64,000 bases of DNA from Sulfurovum sp. Its GTDB lineage: Bacteria; Campylobacterota; Campylobacteria; Campylobacterales; Sulfurovaceae. Both the position numbers and the translations under genes were made by a program. The DNA is taken from NCBI GenBank assembly GCA_030826885.1, contig JAUUDF010000018.1, forward strand, positions 415 through 64,414, read 5' to 3'. This document shows positions 62,531 through 64,000 of the stretch, one piece after another (within the stretch, counting starts at the first letter, position 1; every line of letters begins with the position of its first letter). A model generated the notes under the pieces. The model was not told where the DNA came from and did not search any database. It saw nothing but the letters and a program-made list of their open reading frames with translations.

Positions 62531-63700
62531 CTATTGTTTGCTTTTTACAAACTTCTCGATACGTCGAATCCCCTCGCGGATGGTAGTAATGTCTGTAGCG
62601 AAGGAAAAGCGGAAATAGCCTTCGCTTCCAAAACCAATGCCCGGAACAACGGCAACACCGGTCTCCTGAAGCAGTTCTTTACAGAAGGCAATGGAGTCAT
62701 TGGAGACTGCCTTGGTGTTGACGAAGAGGTAGAAGGCTCCTTTGGGTTCTACAACGGAGAGACCCTCTATTTCATTGAAGAGGCTGACCGCCTCTTTTGC
62801 TCTGGCTTCAAAGGCTTCTCTCATGCTCTCAATCTCATCATCAACCTCTCCAAGGAGTGCAGGAATAGCTGCTTTTTGGGTAATGGAGTTGATGTTGGAG
62901 GTACTCTGGCTCTGAAGCTTGTTCATGGCGGCAACAAGTTCTTTGTCGGGGCTGGCAAGGTAGCCAAAACGCCACCCGGTCATTGCTACGGATTTGCTCA
63001 GTCCGTTGATGGTCACGGTGCGTTTGTACATATCTTCACTGATGCTTGCTGCAGCGGTAAAGGGAACACCGTAAACCAGCTTTTCGTACATCTCGTCACT
63101 TGCGACAAGGATGTCGGTTCCTTCAAGTACCCTGGCTATGGACTCAAGTTCCTCTTTTAAGTAGACCGAACCGGTAGGGTTGGAGGGAGAGGTAAGGATG
63201 AGCATTTTTGTTTTTGGTGTAATGGCTGCTTTGAGCTGTTCGGCAGTGATTTTGAAACTGCTTTTGTCATCGGTATCTATGATGACCGGCTTGCCGCCTG
63301 CATATTTGACCAGTTCAGGGTAGGTTACCCAGTAGGGTGCGGGGATGATTACTTCGTCACCGGGGTTGATGGTTGCCTGAAAAAGGTTGAAAAGCGACTG
63401 CTTGGCACCGTTACTGACAATGATGTCTGAAGGGGCATAGTCGAGGTTGTTGTCGCGTTTGAGTTTTGTCGCTACCGCCTCAAGCAGTTCGGGGATACCG
63501 GGTACGGCAGTATATTGTGTAAACCCCTCGTTGATCGCTTTTATCGCTGCATCTTTAATGCGTTGCGGTGTACCGAAATCGGGTTCACCGGCGGAGAATG
63601 AAAGAATGTCTTTCCCTTCGGCCTTGAGCTCTCGTGCCAGTGAAGAGATGGCAATGGTCAGTGATGGTGAGAGTGTCTGTATGCGGTCTGAAAGCTGCAT
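62531..63700 (-). CDS. aspC: Class I PLP-dependent (aspartate) aminotransferase
   Basis: GEPDF, PSNPTG, SDEMY and SKSVAMTGWRFGY motifs. Confidence 0.92.
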   Translation of the reverse strand: MQLSDRIQTLSPSLTIAISSLARELKAEGKDILSFSAGEPDFGTPQRIKDAAIKAINEGFTQYTAVPGIPELLEAVATKLKRDNNLDYAPSDIIVSNGAKQSLFNLFQATINPGDEVIIPAPYWVTYPELVKYAGGKPVIIDTDDKSSFKITAEQLKAAITPKTKMLILTSPSNPTGSVYLKEELESIARVLEGTDILVASDEMYEKLVYGVPFTAAASISEDMYKRTVTINGLSKSVAMTGWRFGYLASPDKELVAAMNKLQSQSTSNINSITQKAAIPALLGEVDDEIESMREAFEARAKEAVSLFNEIEGLSVVEPKGAFYLFVNTKAVSNDSIAFCKELLQETGVAVVPGIGFGSEGYFRFSFATDITTIREGIRRIEKFVKSKQ

Positions 63701-63804
63701 AAAAATCCCTTAAGTGTAAAAAATGATGCAAATTATAACTTAATGTGCTTGACAAGTGGGTAAAAAAGCCCTCTTTCAAGGCTTTATGTGTATGTAGTTG
63801 CAGA

Positions 63805-63999
63805 TTAGTCCATGGAGTGAAGGAAGCTGTCGTAGAGCTCGTCGAGTGTATGATCTTTCTCTTTGATCCTCTCTTTTTTTGTTGCAGGCAGTGCTTCTTC
63901 GAGTACTTCAATACGCCGCAACAGGTATTCGAAGAGTTCCTTGTTGACATCGGGAATCTTGTTATGACTGAGCGGGGTCTTGTCATAGCCGCGTCTGAG
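63805..63999 (-). CDS. cysE: C-terminus of a gene entering from the right edge, probably serine O-acetyltransferase
   Basis: Manual translation LRRGYDKTPLSHNKIPDVNKELFEYLLRRIEVLE...ELYDSFLHSMD*, recalled as similar to Campylobacterota CysE tails. Confidence 0.6.
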   Translation of the reverse strand, partial: LRRGYDKTPLSHNKIPDVNKELFEYLLRRIEVLEEALPATKKERIKEKDHTLDELYDSFLHSMD

Positions 64000-64000
64000 A

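Noticed and set aside
63585-63986. 133-aa ORF from the track
   Set aside because: It is in the wrong frame and overlaps aspC; another frame gives a CysE-like C-terminus ending at 63805

Overview
This is a gene-dense bacterial chromosome segment. Gene content and order (rpmH-rnpA-yidC-jag-mnmE, cbpA-hspR, dimeric dUTPase, stand-alone atpB, nspC plus CASDH) suggest Campylobacterota, probably a Sulfurovum-like organism (inference). It is mostly housekeeping genes, plus a pyruvate dehydrogenase/lipoylation operon, a FUSC-type efflux operon, pqiAABC, TamAB and one tRNA(CAT). I saw no integrase, transposase or CRISPR array. The most interesting signal is at 4.5-9.6 kb, where two tandem amt-P-II pairs lie directly downstream of a stripped-down NtrC-like gene (no receiver domain, no GAFTGA) and an NtrB-like gene (PAS plus degenerate HATPase, no evident H-box). 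A 17-bp palindrome TGATTAA-N3-TTAATCA occurs four times there. It sits at an identical distance upstream of the extended -10 box of both amt genes, and downstream of the -10 box of the regulator's own promoter. This suggests a sigma54- and phosphorylation-independent nitrogen regulatory system. Other notable items are an in-frame TGA at a Cys-equivalent position in a two-repeat secreted protein, a ~117-nt structured leader upstream of cbpA-hspR, a 3x40-bp covarying hairpin array, a Cys-rich ferrochelatase tail and heptamer repeats. All protein assignments come from motif recognition by eye; no database searches were run.
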